From the NCBI GenBank assembly GCA_030390025.1, contig CM059432.1, positions 74,526,001-74,586,000 of the forward strand: a stretch of 60,000 nucleotides of DNA, in the 5' to 3' direction. Shown in pieces: positions 12,328 through 25,020 of the stretch. The DNA comes from Squalus acanthias. Its lineage: Eukaryota. The translations under genes were made by a program, and so were the position numbers. The notes under the pieces were generated by a model. That model searched no databases, had not been told where the DNA came from, and saw only the letters and a list, made by a program, of their open reading frames with translations. Numbering within the stretch: the stretch's first letter is position 1; each line of letters opens with the position of its first letter.

Positions 12328-13433
12328 ATTTCTGTCACAAAACCTTTAACGGGCTTACATTAATCTCCTCTCGTCTCTCAAATAAACCAGCTAAAATTAA
12401 ACATAGCCATCAACACCAATCTGATTTTCTTCAAGGCAAGCTGTTATAAAAATGTCATCAGAATCTGTTCACACTGAAGAAATGTTTATAGTTCATTGAA
12501 AATTGATAACTCAAAGTAGTGCTTGATATACATCATTTCTCCATAGAAACCAGGGAGCCAGTAGCTCTGAAATTCCACAGAGGTCCTCCTGGTCTTCACC
12601 ATAACTTCAGCGGTGGAACCTCCATGGATACTCCAGAGAAATGGCGTGGACTGTCGCTTTTAGCTGTTTACATTGTTTCTCTGGGTGGTTCACCAGATTC
12701 CTGCCGAGGTTACGGTGGACGGCCAGGAGAATTTTAGGACCAGTGTGATATTTCATACACTTTGAAATATTGTAAAAGATGAGCTTGACCTTTGGAGATA
12801 TAGGCCGACGTTTTCCATTTCAGCACAACTGACACACAGTGAGAGCATTTATTGGGAAATTGTGCACCCCCAGCCCATGCTTTTCTAATCATTGTTTGAA
12901 AATCACAGGTTGGGGTACCCAATTTCCCAATATGCATCTTGGCATGGACCAGGAATTCTGGAGTGGAGAATCCAGCTCTGGGACACTCCAGTACCACACA
13001 TATTAATCATGGCCTACCTCATCTGTATATATTTTGTGATCTCCAGCATTTACTTATTCTTTTTATCAATACCTAATCCATGAGCATTCCCTTTTTTCAA
13101 ATCTGCACAAACAGCATTGATGCTAATTTGGTGCACTGCCCAGTGAAACAATGTCTGTTGTAAATATTTAGCTTAAAGTTGCTTCCAAATAAAAAAGAAA
13201 ACAAATGTTTAAAAGAGTTCTAAATGTATTTTTAAAACTAAAAATGCATGAAATCCTATTACCACAAAAGGACAAGCATCCTGTTCAATGTGTGAAATAT
13301 ATTGTCTTATCCCCATGAAGTTAAGAATGTGTTTGCCTAGTTCAGTTAAACTGGACCAAATCTGAACATTTTCCAATTTACAAAAATATTCAACTGTAGA
13401 TGTTAACACCATTTTAATGTCTTGGGAATGTTT

Positions 13434-14278
13434 GGGCTGGATTTTCTCAGCCCTGAGGAGGCGGGTATGGAGGCGGGACTGCCGGGAAAGTTGCAGAATT
13501 TGGGGTGGGTGGCAAACCCGCCCCCAACCCGCCTCCGTGCCCTCTTGCCAGGAGGCGGGAAGCCATTCGGCCCCGGGTCCCGTCTCCTTGGAGGCGGAAG
13601 GAATTAAAGCCTATTAACTGTCTGTTAACAGGTTTTTAACAGGCAGAAAATAGGATTATCCCCATTTTTCGTGCTGAAATGCGGGCTTCTATACCTGGGG
13701 GATCCCTGCCGGGGTGTAGGAGGTGAGTAGGAGGTCTGCGGGGGTCGGAGTGGTCTGAAAGTGCGATGTAGAGGTGTGTGATGGGTGCAAGTGTGGAGTG
13801 GTAAGTATGTGAGGTGAGTGTAAAGTGTTAGAAAATGTTAACTTACCTTTGTTTCTACCTACAGCCTTCAGCCGCTGTGGAGCTGGAGTCCCTGACATCT
13901 CCATTGTAGAGATCACAGACTGGCTGTTGCATCCTCCGATCCATCAGCCAGCTGATTTCTGCAAAGTAGAAAGGTTTGATGAGTCCTGAACACAAGGTCT
14001 CATCAAACTACACAGAATGTCAGTGTTTGACAGCTTCACAGAGCTGTCAAACGATGACATTTCTTCTTGCAAAAGTTCTTGACAGATGACACGTCATACG
14101 TTGACGTGCTCTGTCTCTGACTTCCCCCTAATTGGCCTGCTGAGCACACCGGGCGGGCCTTAACAAGGTCAATCAGGGGAAAATCCCGCTGGTTGGCCAG
14201 AAGCTGATGGAGGTGGGACTGAAACCCGGCAAGCAGCAGTCCCGCCTCCAAAAGCTTCCCTTTCAGAAAATCCAGCCC
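13434..14278. mobile_element. Harbinger-type non-autonomous element
   Basis: Perfect 14-bp TIR GGGCTGGATTTTCT / AGAAAATCCAGCCC. TSD TTT. Confidence 0.85.
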
Positions 14279-14831
14279 TTTATCTCTGTCATGTTATAGA
14301 GTCATAGGCCACGATTTTGCCGGTGCTCAGAGGGCAGGTTTGGAGGTGGGTCAGGTGGTAAAATCACAAATATTGCCGGCGGGTTCCGATCCTGCCATCA
14401 ACCCGCTTCCGTGCAACTTTCCCAAAGGCGGCCTCCCAGATTCCCGATCGGTCTTGCCACCAAGCGACGGGATAGGCCCTTCAGCAGTTAACTGCTTATT
14501 AACTGCCTGGATAATGCTATTTTGACAGCGGCTTTAGATTTTGCCACTTTTTCTGCCTGTTCCACGCCGTTCCCAAACCACGCCAGCTGATTGTGTCGGG
14601 TTCACAAGTGGCTGCCTTCTTCACAGCTGCAGCTCCAGCATAAAAACGGAGCTCTCAACAAGGCTCAGTTGCAGATGGCAGAACTTTGTTTTTCCAGGTC
14701 TTGGAAAACTTTTTGCAGGTCTACTGATCTTGGAAGTGGTGAAGCTGAGATCCATCTCCACTGTGACTTCCTGGGAAAACCCTCTCCCACATTGACTGAG
14801 CACTTCCTCAACTGAGATATCTACCAGCAGC

Positions 14832-15938
14832 ATAGGAACTATTTATTTCCTTTCATCCTGGTCCTCAGATTCGAAGGAAGAGCAGCCGCGGCAGCAGCAG
14901 AACCAGGCACAACAGCAGCACCAACAGCAGGAACGCCAACCTCCTGCTCACCCACCTGATGCTGCACAGGGCAGAAGGCGTCAGCGCAGGGCTGCACCTC
15001 GCCGCAGGAAATACCCCCAACACAGGGTTTACTGGCCGAGGATGAGCTTCCTCAACATGACTGAGCAGCAGTGCCAAAGGAGGCTGAGACTTTCGCGAGA
15101 GGTAGTCGGTGACATCTGCGCAATGCTGCACTAACACCTGGAGCCCAGAGGAACGGGTGGACACCCCTTACCAGTGGCTGTCAAAGTCACCACCGCACTC
15201 AATTTTTTTGCTTCAGGTTCCTTCCAGGGCTCATCAGCAGACATCAGCGGCATCTCCCAGTCGGCCGCACACACTTGCATCACGCAGGTAACCGATGCCC
15301 TCTTTGCAAAGGCGCACAATTACATCCACTTTCCATTGAATTCTGATGAAGCAAGTGTAACCGCGTGTGCGGTTGGCTTTGCAAATATGGCAGGCTTGCC
15401 AAGGGTGCAGGGCATCATAGACTGCCCACATGTGGCCCTTAGGGCACCCCATCACAACCCAGCTGTTTTTTTCAACCGCAAGGGCTTCCACCCCCTTAAC
15501 GTGCAGCTGGTGTGTAACCATAGGAAGGACATTTTGCATGTTTGCGCGAAGTACCCTGGCAGTTGTCATGACTTGTTCATCCTGCGGCAGACTAGTAGCT
15601 ACAATACCAGCCACATTTCGACCAGATCCATCATCGAGCAAACCATCGGCTTGCTGAAGATGCGATTCAGATGCCTTGACAGATCAGGTGGAGCCCTACA
15701 GTACTCAGCAGCCAGGGTCTCCAGAATCATCGTGGTCTGCTGTGCACTGCACAACATCGCACAGCTTCGTGGCTTGCAGCTGCCTGAGGAACAAGTGGCT
15801 CAGCGCATAGCCTCCTCAGATGAGGAGGAAGAGGAGGAAGAAGACCATGCGGAGGTGGATGAGCCAGCTGCAGCAGCACGCGAGCACATTGCTGCCCGGA
15901 ATGCAAGGGATGCACTAATCTTTGCCAGATTCGCTTAG
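14832..15938 (+). pseudogene. Harbinger DDE transposase with lost start (ATA), premature stop and in-frame deletion of the GDKGY segment
   Basis: ORF 15174-15938 has IIDCPHV and IIEQTIG, but LRQTS joins directly to SYNTSH. The LLGDKGYP segment seen in copy C is missing. Confidence 0.9.
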
Positions 15939-16203
15939 GTAGACGAATCAAACATATGTGGCGGGCACCTTCTTATCACACCATAGACAATGGACAAGAA
16001 CCTGTGGGTTTCTGTCACTATGACCACCATCATTACAAATGCAAGTCGCCCTGAGCCCTCAATGTGCAACTTTCATTTCCCAGATCATATAGGCCAGAAG
16101 TTCAAATGTTTGCCATCACTTCTGTTTAATGAATGCACAAAAGGATGACAATGGCAAAAATTAAAGACAACAGAACAGAACACCCAAGTGACTACCATTG
16201 TGA

Positions 16204-18097
16204 CTAATTGTGCTTTATCTTCCTCTTACGCATGCTTCTACGTGGTGCTTCCCCTGTGGCTTCAGCAGATGTGGAGGCCACTTGCTCACTCTCATGCTGC
16301 TCCTGCTTCGTCACCTTTGGCGGGCGTCCTCTAGGTTTGCGAGCTTATGAGGGCTCGGCAACAGTCTGCTCCTCCTGCGGCTGTGCAGGAGCTGAGACGC
16401 CCACCTCAGTTGGGTGAGGACTCTGGTGGGGCTCTGACCGAGGGCTACTCAGTGGCATGGGAGTGTGAGCAGTTGGAGAGGAGCCCCCACTTCCTTGTTG
16501 CCTGTCACCAACATCCTTCTCATGGGTCAGCCCCACTTCAGTGCTAGCAAATGGCTTGACAGCACCTTGCTGCACATCAGGGGGGCCATGAGGACCCGTA
16601 TCTGCACTGGCAGTCCTCCTCAAAAGAACTTCCATGAAGCTCTGGTTTCTCTGCTCAATAGCTGCCCATCGCTCCTCCAGAGATGTCAGTCTATTCTGAA
16701 CATTCACCATGTTTTCCTGACTCTGGCGACTTATTTCCTCCATGACCGTAGCCAGCCTTTCAATGGAGGTTGCCATCCTTTCCGTGGTGGTGCGTTCATG
16801 TGCCATTGACTCCACAAAGGCACTGCTCATGTTAGACATGGACTCCTCCATCCTCTCCACACTCACAGTAACCCTGGATGCAAAACCTGCCAGAGACTCC
16901 CAGCACCTGTTCCTGGAGTTCCAGCACCGCTCTCTTTCTGGATGGCCCCAGAGGCACAGGGTCCACTTGCAGCTGAGCAGAGCTGGGAGCGTGCTGCGGC
17001 CTCCGACGAGGACTCTCCACTGCTGTCCCTATCTCCACCATCTGCTGATGCTCACTTGTGAGCTGTGATACACCAGGTGACAACACTACTCTATGTCGCG
17101 AAGGTCCCACTGAGGTGTGCGTCTCTGCGCTGGTGCTGGGTGCGCTGAATTCTGCTGATGCTGCACCCTCAGAGGTTGCAGGTTCCTCTGAGGAGTCTTC
17201 TGGCTCAGGCTCTTCCTCCTGGACAGTGGGAAGGGGGGCTGTCGATGGTCCTGTGGGGGAGTAAAGGCATGAGTTAGACATGTGATATTAATGTAGCATG
17301 AACATGGAATTGTGCAGATGATCATAAGTCAATCTGTATGAGCATCAGATGCTATATCAATCACTCATGCAATGTAAATGAGAGAGATGCAAATCTATTC
17401 TGTCACCAGCTTGCTCTGTTGCGCCTGTCTGACCATCCCCCACTTCCAGATCCTCATCACCTCCGATGATTTCCAGGGCCACCTCCTCAGCGTTGGTGAG
17501 ATTGGAAATGGAAGATGGCCCTCCTCCTGTCTTAGCCCTCTCCCTCTTATTGTGGGCTCTCTTTACCTGCAATGAGGGAGACAAGTGGAGTTTGAGTGAG
17601 AATGATGGAGTGAGTGTAGAGAATCCATAGCATAGATGCTGTTGTTAGTTGTTGTCATAGCATAACAGTGATAGGGAGTGTGAGGGCAGCATAGTCGAAT
17701 AGTGAAGTGATTGTGCACAGAGAGAGAGATGGAATGGTTCAGGGTGCAAGGGATGTAAGGGTAAAGTGGGATGTGTAGGAGTAGGTTGACAATGCAGAGT
17801 GCTGGTGATGAGAGGAGATGGGGAGCAGATTGAGGCCAAGTGTGATGTTATACTCGCTTTTCCTAAGCGGACCAGGTTATTGAACCTTTTTCTGCACTGC
17901 CCCCAGGTTCGAGGGCACATAGATCTGGAGTTCACCTCCTGAGCAATTTGCAGCCAGACTGCTTTGGTTTGCTGTGGAGGCTTCTTCCGCCCAGAGGATG
18001 GGAAGAGTACCACCTTGCGCCCTCTGATTCCCTCCACAAGAGCATGGAGGGAGTCATCATCAAATTGGGGAGAGGCCTTGGCCTTTGAGGTAGTCAT
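16204..18097 (-). pseudogene. Harbinger Myb/SANT protein gene, 3 exons (18097-17858, 17566-17407, 17250-16204), disrupted
   Basis: Exon 1 (240 nt): MTTSKAKASPQFDDDSLHALVEG...WLQIAQEVN...RTWGQCRKRFNNL, with donor GCGAGT. Exon 2 is 160 nt. Exon 3 has a frameshift/stop and ends RGRPPK...RRSMRKRKIKHN*. Confidence 0.85.
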
Positions 18098-18372
18098 GGC
18101 AGCAGTTGTCACAAGGAAATCCAGCAGCAAATAATGAGAGAATGAACCAAGGCTGCATGGTCCCCTTAAATGCAGCTGGCTAACAGACGTCAGCAGAGGC
18201 GAGTTGCAGACCTAAAACACTAATTGGCCAGGGGCGCGCACACGCAGGGACTCAATTGCCCAATTAGGGCAAAATCGCAAATTTTTACCAGCTGAAAGCG
18301 GTGGCGGGATCGGAACCCGCCGACCACCTGACCCGCACCCAACCCGCTACCAATGGGAAAATCGTGGCCATA

Positions 18373-19778
18373 ATGGCACAGAAGGAGGCCATTCGGCCCA
18401 TCGGGTCCATGCCGGCTCTCTGTAGAGCAATCCAGTCAGTCCCATTCCCCCGCTCTATCTCCGTAGCCCTGCAAGTTTATTTCCCTCAAGTGCCTATCCA
18501 GTCTCCCCTTGAAAACATGAGTGTCTCCGCTTCCACCAATTCCGTCGGCAGCGAATTCCAGGTCATCACCACTCGCTGCGTAAAAAAGTTTTTCCTCACG
18601 TCCCCCCTGTATCTCTTGCCAAAACCTTAAATCTGTGTCCCCTAGTCCTTGTACCATCAACTAGTGGGAACAGCCTTTCCCCGTCTAGCCTATCCAAACC
18701 CGTCATAATCTTGTACCTTTATCAAATCACCCCTCAACCTCCTTTGCTCCAATGAAAACAAATCCAGGTTCTCCAACCTGTCCTTGTAACTAAGATACCC
18801 CATCCCCGGAACCATTCTGGTAAATCTCGTCTGCACCCTCTCAAGTGCCTTCACATCCTTCCTAAAGTGTGGTGACCAGAACTGGATGCAATACTCCAGT
18901 TGTGGCCTAACCAGCGCTTTCTAAAGGTTCAGCATAACTTCTCTACTTTTGTACTCAATACCTCTATTTATGAAGCCCAAGATCCCATATGCTTTGTTAA
19001 CCACTCTCTCAATATGTCCTGCCACCTTCAGGGACCTATGCACATTAACCCCCTCTGTCCCTCTGTCCCTGCACACTCTTTAAAACTGTGCCATTAAGTG
19101 TATATTGCCTCTCCCTGTTCCTTCTGGCAAAATGTATCATCACACTTCTCTGTATTAAATTCAATCTACCACTTGTCTGCCCATTCTGCTAGCCTTTCTA
19201 TGTCCTGTTGCAGTTAATTGGTATCCTCATCACTGTTTACCACACCCCCAAGTTTGATGTCATTGGCAAATTTAGAAATTCTACTCTTTATTCCAATATC
19301 CAGGATATTTATATATATCAAAAAAAGCAGTGGCCCCAGCACTGACCTGTGGGGAACACCACTGTCTACCATCCTCCAGTCTGAAAAACAGCCATTTACC
19401 ACAACTCGCTGTTTTCTGTCCTTAAGCCAATTCCTTATCCAAGCTGCCACTGACCCACCTATTCCATGAGCCTCAATTTTGTTAACCAGCCTTCTATGTG
19501 GAACTTTGTCAAACGCCTTCCGAAAATCCATATAGACAACATCCATTGCATTCCCTTCATCAATCCTCTCTGTTACTTCATCAAAAAATTCAATTAGATT
19601 AGTCAAACACGATCTGCCTTTTACAAATCCTTGTTGGCTCTCCTTAATTAGCTTAAACCTCTCCAAGTGCCCTTTAATTTTTCCTTGATTATTGTTTCTA
19701 AAACTTTACTCACCACTGATGTTAAACTGACGGGCCTGTAGTTATTAGGATTGTCCTTATACCCTTTCTTGAGTAATG
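18373..19778 (-). mobile_element. CR1 LINE (HER1-like) 3' part
   Basis: SQQGFVKGRSCLTNLIEFFD, YMDFRKAFDKVPH, KFANDIKLG. 3' end GGGCCGAATGGCCTCCTTCTGTGCC. Confidence 0.9.
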
Positions 19779-20441
19779 GTTAACTGAGGTTTGCTCTTGC
19801 AGTACAAGGAGAATAGAGGAAAACTGCCACACAGGAGCTTGAGTCGCAGCCATTGTCAAGTGGGAGTGAATACCTTGAGGGGTCTGCTTGATTTTCTTTT
19901 TCTTCCTTCAACTTGGTCTCGGACTTAGATCATAGGATGAGTTATGATTAAATCAATTTGAAGGTGCACAGTTTTTTAGCTTTACCATGAAAAAATTATC
20001 ATCAAATCTTTTCAAATGCATGCATCTCACACCCTTTTATCTACAATAAATATCGTATTGTACACTCTCTAGCCCTAGTAATTGAAACAAATCATGTGAC
20101 AATAGCCACTAACCTAAGGTAACTAATTAACAGTTAGTATCAATTTAATATTTCAATATTCCTATTACAGAAAACAATTTTACACAATTTAAAGACATTT
20201 TATACTGTTAAGATATGAGTCAAAGTATTCCGTAAGTTGCTACAAAATTTCACATGAAATTCAAAAACCAAACTCGACAGAAATGTTTTTAACATTTTGA
20301 ATGAAATTAAAGTATTTGTAAATTGCAATAATGTGATAGCTGCCAAGGAGAAATTACTGTAATTTATTTTTTATGATGCATCCAAAATTGGCTCAGTGGC
20401 AGGAACAAAGGGTAATGGTCGATGGGTGTTTTTGTGACTGG

Positions 20442-22194
20442 GGCTGCGATTTTACGAACCTCGGCGGGTCCGCTGGCGAGCGATGTCGGTGGCGGGTCGC
20501 GACCCCGCTGCTGTCTCCATCCCGGCCTCTGAAATGAATTTCCCCTGATTGGGCTTGTTAAGCCGACCCAGCGCGTTTCCCGGCCAATTAGAGGATGCGG
20601 GTCTGGTGACGCCATTTGATGACGCGTCATCAGCCGGTTTCCTTAAAGGGACGAAGGGTCACAGACCTGAAACTTTAACTCTGTTTCTCTCTCCACGGAT
20701 ACTGTCTGACCTGCTGAGTGTCTCCAGCATTTTCTGTTGTTATTCCTTAAAGGAACCATATGCTTATGGAGGGAGTCACAGCACACAGGGAGGTCCTCTT
20801 GCCCTCCAATGGGCAGAAGAGACCTCCCTAGGAGATCAACACAGCCTGGTTGCACTTGCAGAGGAGGGCACAAGCAGGGATGTGATCAGGAGGACCTGGG
20901 TGCAGTGCCGCAAACGTTTCAATGATCTCAGTAGATCACAAAATGTTGGGACAAAGCCACACTCAACCTCATCCTGCTGTGCCTCTCATCACATCCCCAT
21001 TACTCTGCCTTCCCTACCCTACTCCTGCACATCCTTACTCACACTAACTTACCTTGCACCTCTATCCATCCCTCTCGATCTACATTATCACATTCCCATC
21101 TCACTAGCCACCCTTCACACTCACCCTCATCCTAGTGTAATCATACCAACTAACAACACACAAGGGTAGACACTTGGGTGTTTTATCCAATGTTCATGTA
21201 AAGTTTCTGTTAATGTGATGTCAAACATTGAAACCTTTATTTTCAACACTTTGCGTTCTTGGACAGATTTGTGTGCACATTTGGAAGTGGCTTAGTGAGT
21301 TGCAGTGAATGGTGAGACATAACGTTACCCCTCGCAATGATGATGAGTGTGAAAGGAATGGCTTGAGCATTGTAGGGATGCTTTATTGTGTTGGTGTGGG
21401 TGGTGCCAACCTGGTGCATCATGTGGCAGCCAGGGTGTACAGCATCAAGTGACATAAATCTGGCCATGGTGAGGCCATCCCTGGTCTCCCGGGCAGCAAT
21501 GTGGTCAGGTGCTGATGCCCTCTGTCCTGTGCAGCAACAATTGATTGTGGAGAAGGTTGGTGCTGCTGGTGTGCCTGGTGCTGCTGGTGTTGGGGCTGAT
21601 CGTGGTGGGATTCTGAGGACCAAGATGAGAGAGTATAAAGGGCACCCATGCTGATGGAATAGATGGCAGGTGAAGTAGAGGTGACATAAACGATCTGTCA
21701 ATGATGAGAGAGGTAATGAGGTCAGACTGGATGGAGACTTGTGCAAAGACTTGCAGCATGGTGAATCTGTTGTGGAAATGCAGTGAGGAAGAGTTTGTGG
21801 CTGAGGGAAGATATCTCTGTAAGGTAGGAGCTTTTACTCTACATTTGAAGCCGTCAACTCAACAGCTGATTTAATGGCCACTGAACTCCCGCCTCAGCTT
21901 GACAGATGTGGTCCACGACCAGTGTGGACCCTGTGGGCGAGTTGCCAAATGCAGAAGGTGAGCTTAAATTCATTCTTAAGTGGCTCTAAACAAGCCACTA
22001 ATTACCTGAATTGGGTCCCCAGCTGTGAACCCGCCGCTGCGTGTCGGACTGCTCAGCGCTGACAGACCCGACATCGGGGAAAGGCGCATGGTGGCAGGTT
22101 CACAGCGGGGTCCTGACCCGCTGGGGAATAAAACCACTTTCCCACCCGACCCGCCACTGATCTCACCCGCTAAACCCCCCACAAAATCCAGCCC
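20442..22194 (-). mobile_element. Internally deleted Harbinger element
   Basis: Ends GGCTGCGATTTT / AAAATCCAGCCC. TSD TGG. Myb exon 1 remnant (RRTWVQCRKRFNDL, +) and fused transposase N/C termini (MGALYTLSSWSSES...HIAARETRDGLTMARF, -). Confidence 0.85.
20650..20742 (+). repeat. Penelope-like element 3'-end fragment with 11-bp TSD
   Basis: GACGAAGGGTCACAGACCTGAAAC...GACCTGCTGAGTGTCTCCAGCATTTTCTG, flanked by TTCCTTAAAGG (20639-20649, 20743-20753). Similar to 57440-57550. Confidence 0.6.
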
Positions 22195-23760
22195 TGGAAG
22201 GCTGTTTCCAGTGGGGTTCCACAGGGCTCAGTACTAGGTCCCTTGCTTTTCGTGGTATATATCAATGATTTAGACTTCAATGTACGGGGCATGATTAAGA
22301 AGTTTGCAGATGATACAAAAATTGGCCATGTGGTTTATAGTGAGGAAGAAAGCTGTTGACTGCAGGAAGATATCAATGGACTGGTCAGGTGGGCAGAAAA
22401 GTGGCAAATGGAATTCAATCTAGAGAAGTGTGAAGTAATCCATTTGGGGAGAGCTACAAGGCAAGGGAATACACAATAAATGGTAGGATATTGAGAAGTG
22501 TAGAGGAGCAGAGAGACCTTGGAGTGCATGTTCAGAGATCCCTGAAGGTAGCAGGACAGGTAGATAAGGTGGTTAAGAAGGCATACGGGATACTTTCCTT
22601 TTTGTGCGAGGCATAGAATATAAAGCAGGGAGGTTATCCTCGAACTGTATAAAACACTAGCTAGGCCACAGCTAGAGTACTGCGTACAGTTCTGGTCACC
22701 ACATTACAGGAAAGGTGTGATTGCACTGGAGAGGGTACAGAGGAGATTTACAAAGATGTTGCCGGGAGTAGAGAATTTTAGCTATGAGGAAACATTGGAT
22801 AGGCTGGGGTTATTTTCTTTGGAACAGAGGAGGCTGAGGGGAGACTTAATTGAGGTGCATAAAATTATGAGGGGCCTAGATAAAGTGGATAGGAAAGACC
22901 TATTTCCCTTAGCAGATAGGTCAATAACCAGGGGACATAAATTTAAAGTAATTGGTAGAAGGATTAGAGGGGAGTTGAGGAGAGCATTTTTCACCCAGTC
23001 GGTGGTGGGGGTCTGGAACTCACTGCCTGAAAGGGTGGTAGAGGCAGAAACTCTCATCACATTTAAAAATTACTTGAAAATGCACTTGAAGTGCTGTAAC
23101 CTACAAGGCTACAGGCCAAGAGCTGGAAAGACGGATTAGGCTGGATAGCTCTTTTTCGGTCAGCACAGACATGATGGGCCGAATGGCCTCTTTCTGTGCC
23201 GTAAATGTCTATGATTCTATGATCCACTTGTGCAAAATTTGCTACTTTTTCTATGTTGCTTTAGAAAAGAAAATGATAAATTATCAACCTTCCTCAACAA
23301 TAACTAGCTTTGAGCATTCTAACAACAAATTATTTTTTCTAACATTTCCCACTCTGGTAGTTTGTAATAAAATTTAATAAAATTGCAAAATTTAATTCTG
23401 AAATCCTGCACAATTTGTTTGGTATGAAGTGTCAAAGTAATGCAGTTTCAGTAGCAAAGCTTAGCAAGATGGAATTAAACGGGCTGAGGTTCAAAAATTA
23501 CAAATTCATCACTTTTTGAAATAAGTAATGAAGAGAAATCCTGATCCAAGCATAAAATTTGTTGGCAAATTATTTTCTACATTTGTCAGGTTTCAAGTGC
23601 CGCAGATAATTAGAGGTCAAAATATCCCAGAGGCTCCATTTCTTATCCGCCTCTATTAAATAAAGAGAACACAAAAGGACACTGAAGTAATGACTGGCAT
23701 ATATTCTATGGAGGTTATTTTATACTCTCCGTACCCTTTTGTACATAATAAACAAAAAAG

Positions 23761-24360
23761 GGAGTAGAAATTGAACCTCTTCCACCCGTTTTATGGGCAT
23801 AAAACAGGTGCAATGAGGGCCAATCTTGTGGACCAACTTCCTGCATGCCAAGGGCGCCTAAAAGACGTCTGACCCAAACAGGCTTAAAACAGGCAATAAG
23901 ACCCTTGCATATGCTAATTAGGGGCCTAACGCCTGTTTTAGGATCCCTGAGGGAAATTGGGCTGTCCTGAGCAGAGCAGGCGTCTGATCTGCTCCACTCA
24001 GGTTTTCCAGGCGTGGATGGGGCCTAGCAAGCAGCTGCCAGCAAAATGGTTATTTTTTTTTTAGCTTTGCTGTGGAGCCAGGAGAATCTGGAGGGCTCCA
24101 CTTCACTCTCGAGGGCTGGTGCTGGCCCGCAATCAGCCCCCTCCCATTCTCTTCCTACTCTGGGACTTAGGTTTGGGCTCCTTGCTTCACCGGCAGTGAC
24201 CCGACATTTACCCATGAAATGGGCCAGTTGCATGTGGTGATGCGACAGCCACCAGCAGCTCGCCAAAATAAAGTTAATGGGGCTCGAGGCCAGTCGGGCC
24301 GGCCTCTGGCCTCCCGGTTGGGGCACATGCTCCCTGTGCGATGGCCATTTCAGGCAATTA
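23761..24360. mobile_element. Decayed non-autonomous DNA-transposon-like element
   Basis: Starts GGGAGTAGAAATTG. GC-rich body resembles the other MITEs here. Right end not clear. Confidence 0.35.
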
Positions 24361-24559
24361 CTGCAATTGCTGCCTCTATTAATGTATCTTCCTACACATG
24401 CAAAGGGGCATAGATGAAATTACATTGTAATAATAGTACAGTTAATTTCTGGGAGCAAAGTGATTCTACAATAGTTATTGTTCAATTAATTAATCAAGAG
24501 ATCCTCTAATAGTTTAATGGGTAAATGCACCAAGTGATTGGGAGAGAGATACAAAGCCC

Positions 24560-25020
24560 AGAAGGTCCCAGGTCTGTTCCCAGTCTGTGCTGAGTTAGCT
24601 GCTATGAAATCTGTAACAACAGCAACAAATTGTATTTATATGTCGTCTTTAACATAGTAAAACATCCCAAGGCGCGAGCCGCGCCCTAACAGGGACAAGA
24701 ACCTTGGAACCTCAGATAAAAAGTCTGATGCTCTACCGACGGAGAGCACTATCCAGGTAAGAGCACTATCATTACTCTCAGCGCTCCTGGACTATGGAGA
24801 AGAAATCAAGCCAGGGCTGCTGCTCCTGATCCTGATCGGCTCCTGACCCTGATGAAACTGTGCATTTGTGGACACTGGATGAAGATAGGAGATAGGAACA
24901 GGCCCGATTGAGATATCTCCCATGGTTTAATAATTTGCTGGCTCCCGCTTTCTAGGTGCATCCATGAAGAATGGTTATTTGGTTAAATATCTGAAGGGTT
25001 ACCAGCACATGTGGAACCTT
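24560..25020 (+). repeat. tRNA-derived SINE (unnamed family), interrupted at 24615-24757
   Basis: AGAAGGTCCCAGGT...CTGTGCTGAGTTAGC...ATGAAGAATGG matches copies at 46040-46215 (+) and 48935-49321 (-). Confidence 0.55.
24615..24757 (-). pseudogene. tRNA-Lys(UUU) pseudogene fused to an L2 3' tail (short SINE-like chimera)
   Basis: 24757-24682 reads CCTGGATAGTGCTCTCCGTCGGTAGAGCATCAGACTTTTTATCTGAGGTTCCAAGGTTCTTGTCCCTGTTAGGGCG, close to vertebrate tRNA-Lys3. Followed by CGCCTTGGGATGTTTTACTATGTTAAAG...ATATAAATACAA(TTG)n, matching the L2 tails in this window. Confidence 0.8.

Larger units (their letters stand above)
14307..18369 (+). mobile_element. PIF/Harbinger DNA transposon copy B (two-gene, defective)
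   Basis: Perfect 12-bp TIR GGCCACGATTTT / AAAATCGTGGCC. TSD ATA. Inserted into the 3' tail of the CR1 at 18373-19778. Confidence 0.93.
20375..23225 (+). mobile_element. CR1 LINE 3' part, split by the Harbinger derivative at 20442-22194
   Basis: GCFCDW|KAVSSGVPQGSVLGP reads through the insertion site. KFADDTK, ALERVQRRFTKML. Tail TCTATGATTCTATGAT. Confidence 0.9.

Noticed and set aside
12564..12990. Small imperfect inverted repeats at ~12566-12738 and ~12846-12935
   Set aside because: Probably decayed MITEs, but ends and TSDs could not be defined.
24682..24757. Functional tRNA-Lys gene
   Set aside because: Insertion in the D arm, mutated B box (GGTTCTTGTCC) and an attached L2 tail indicate a retrocopy.
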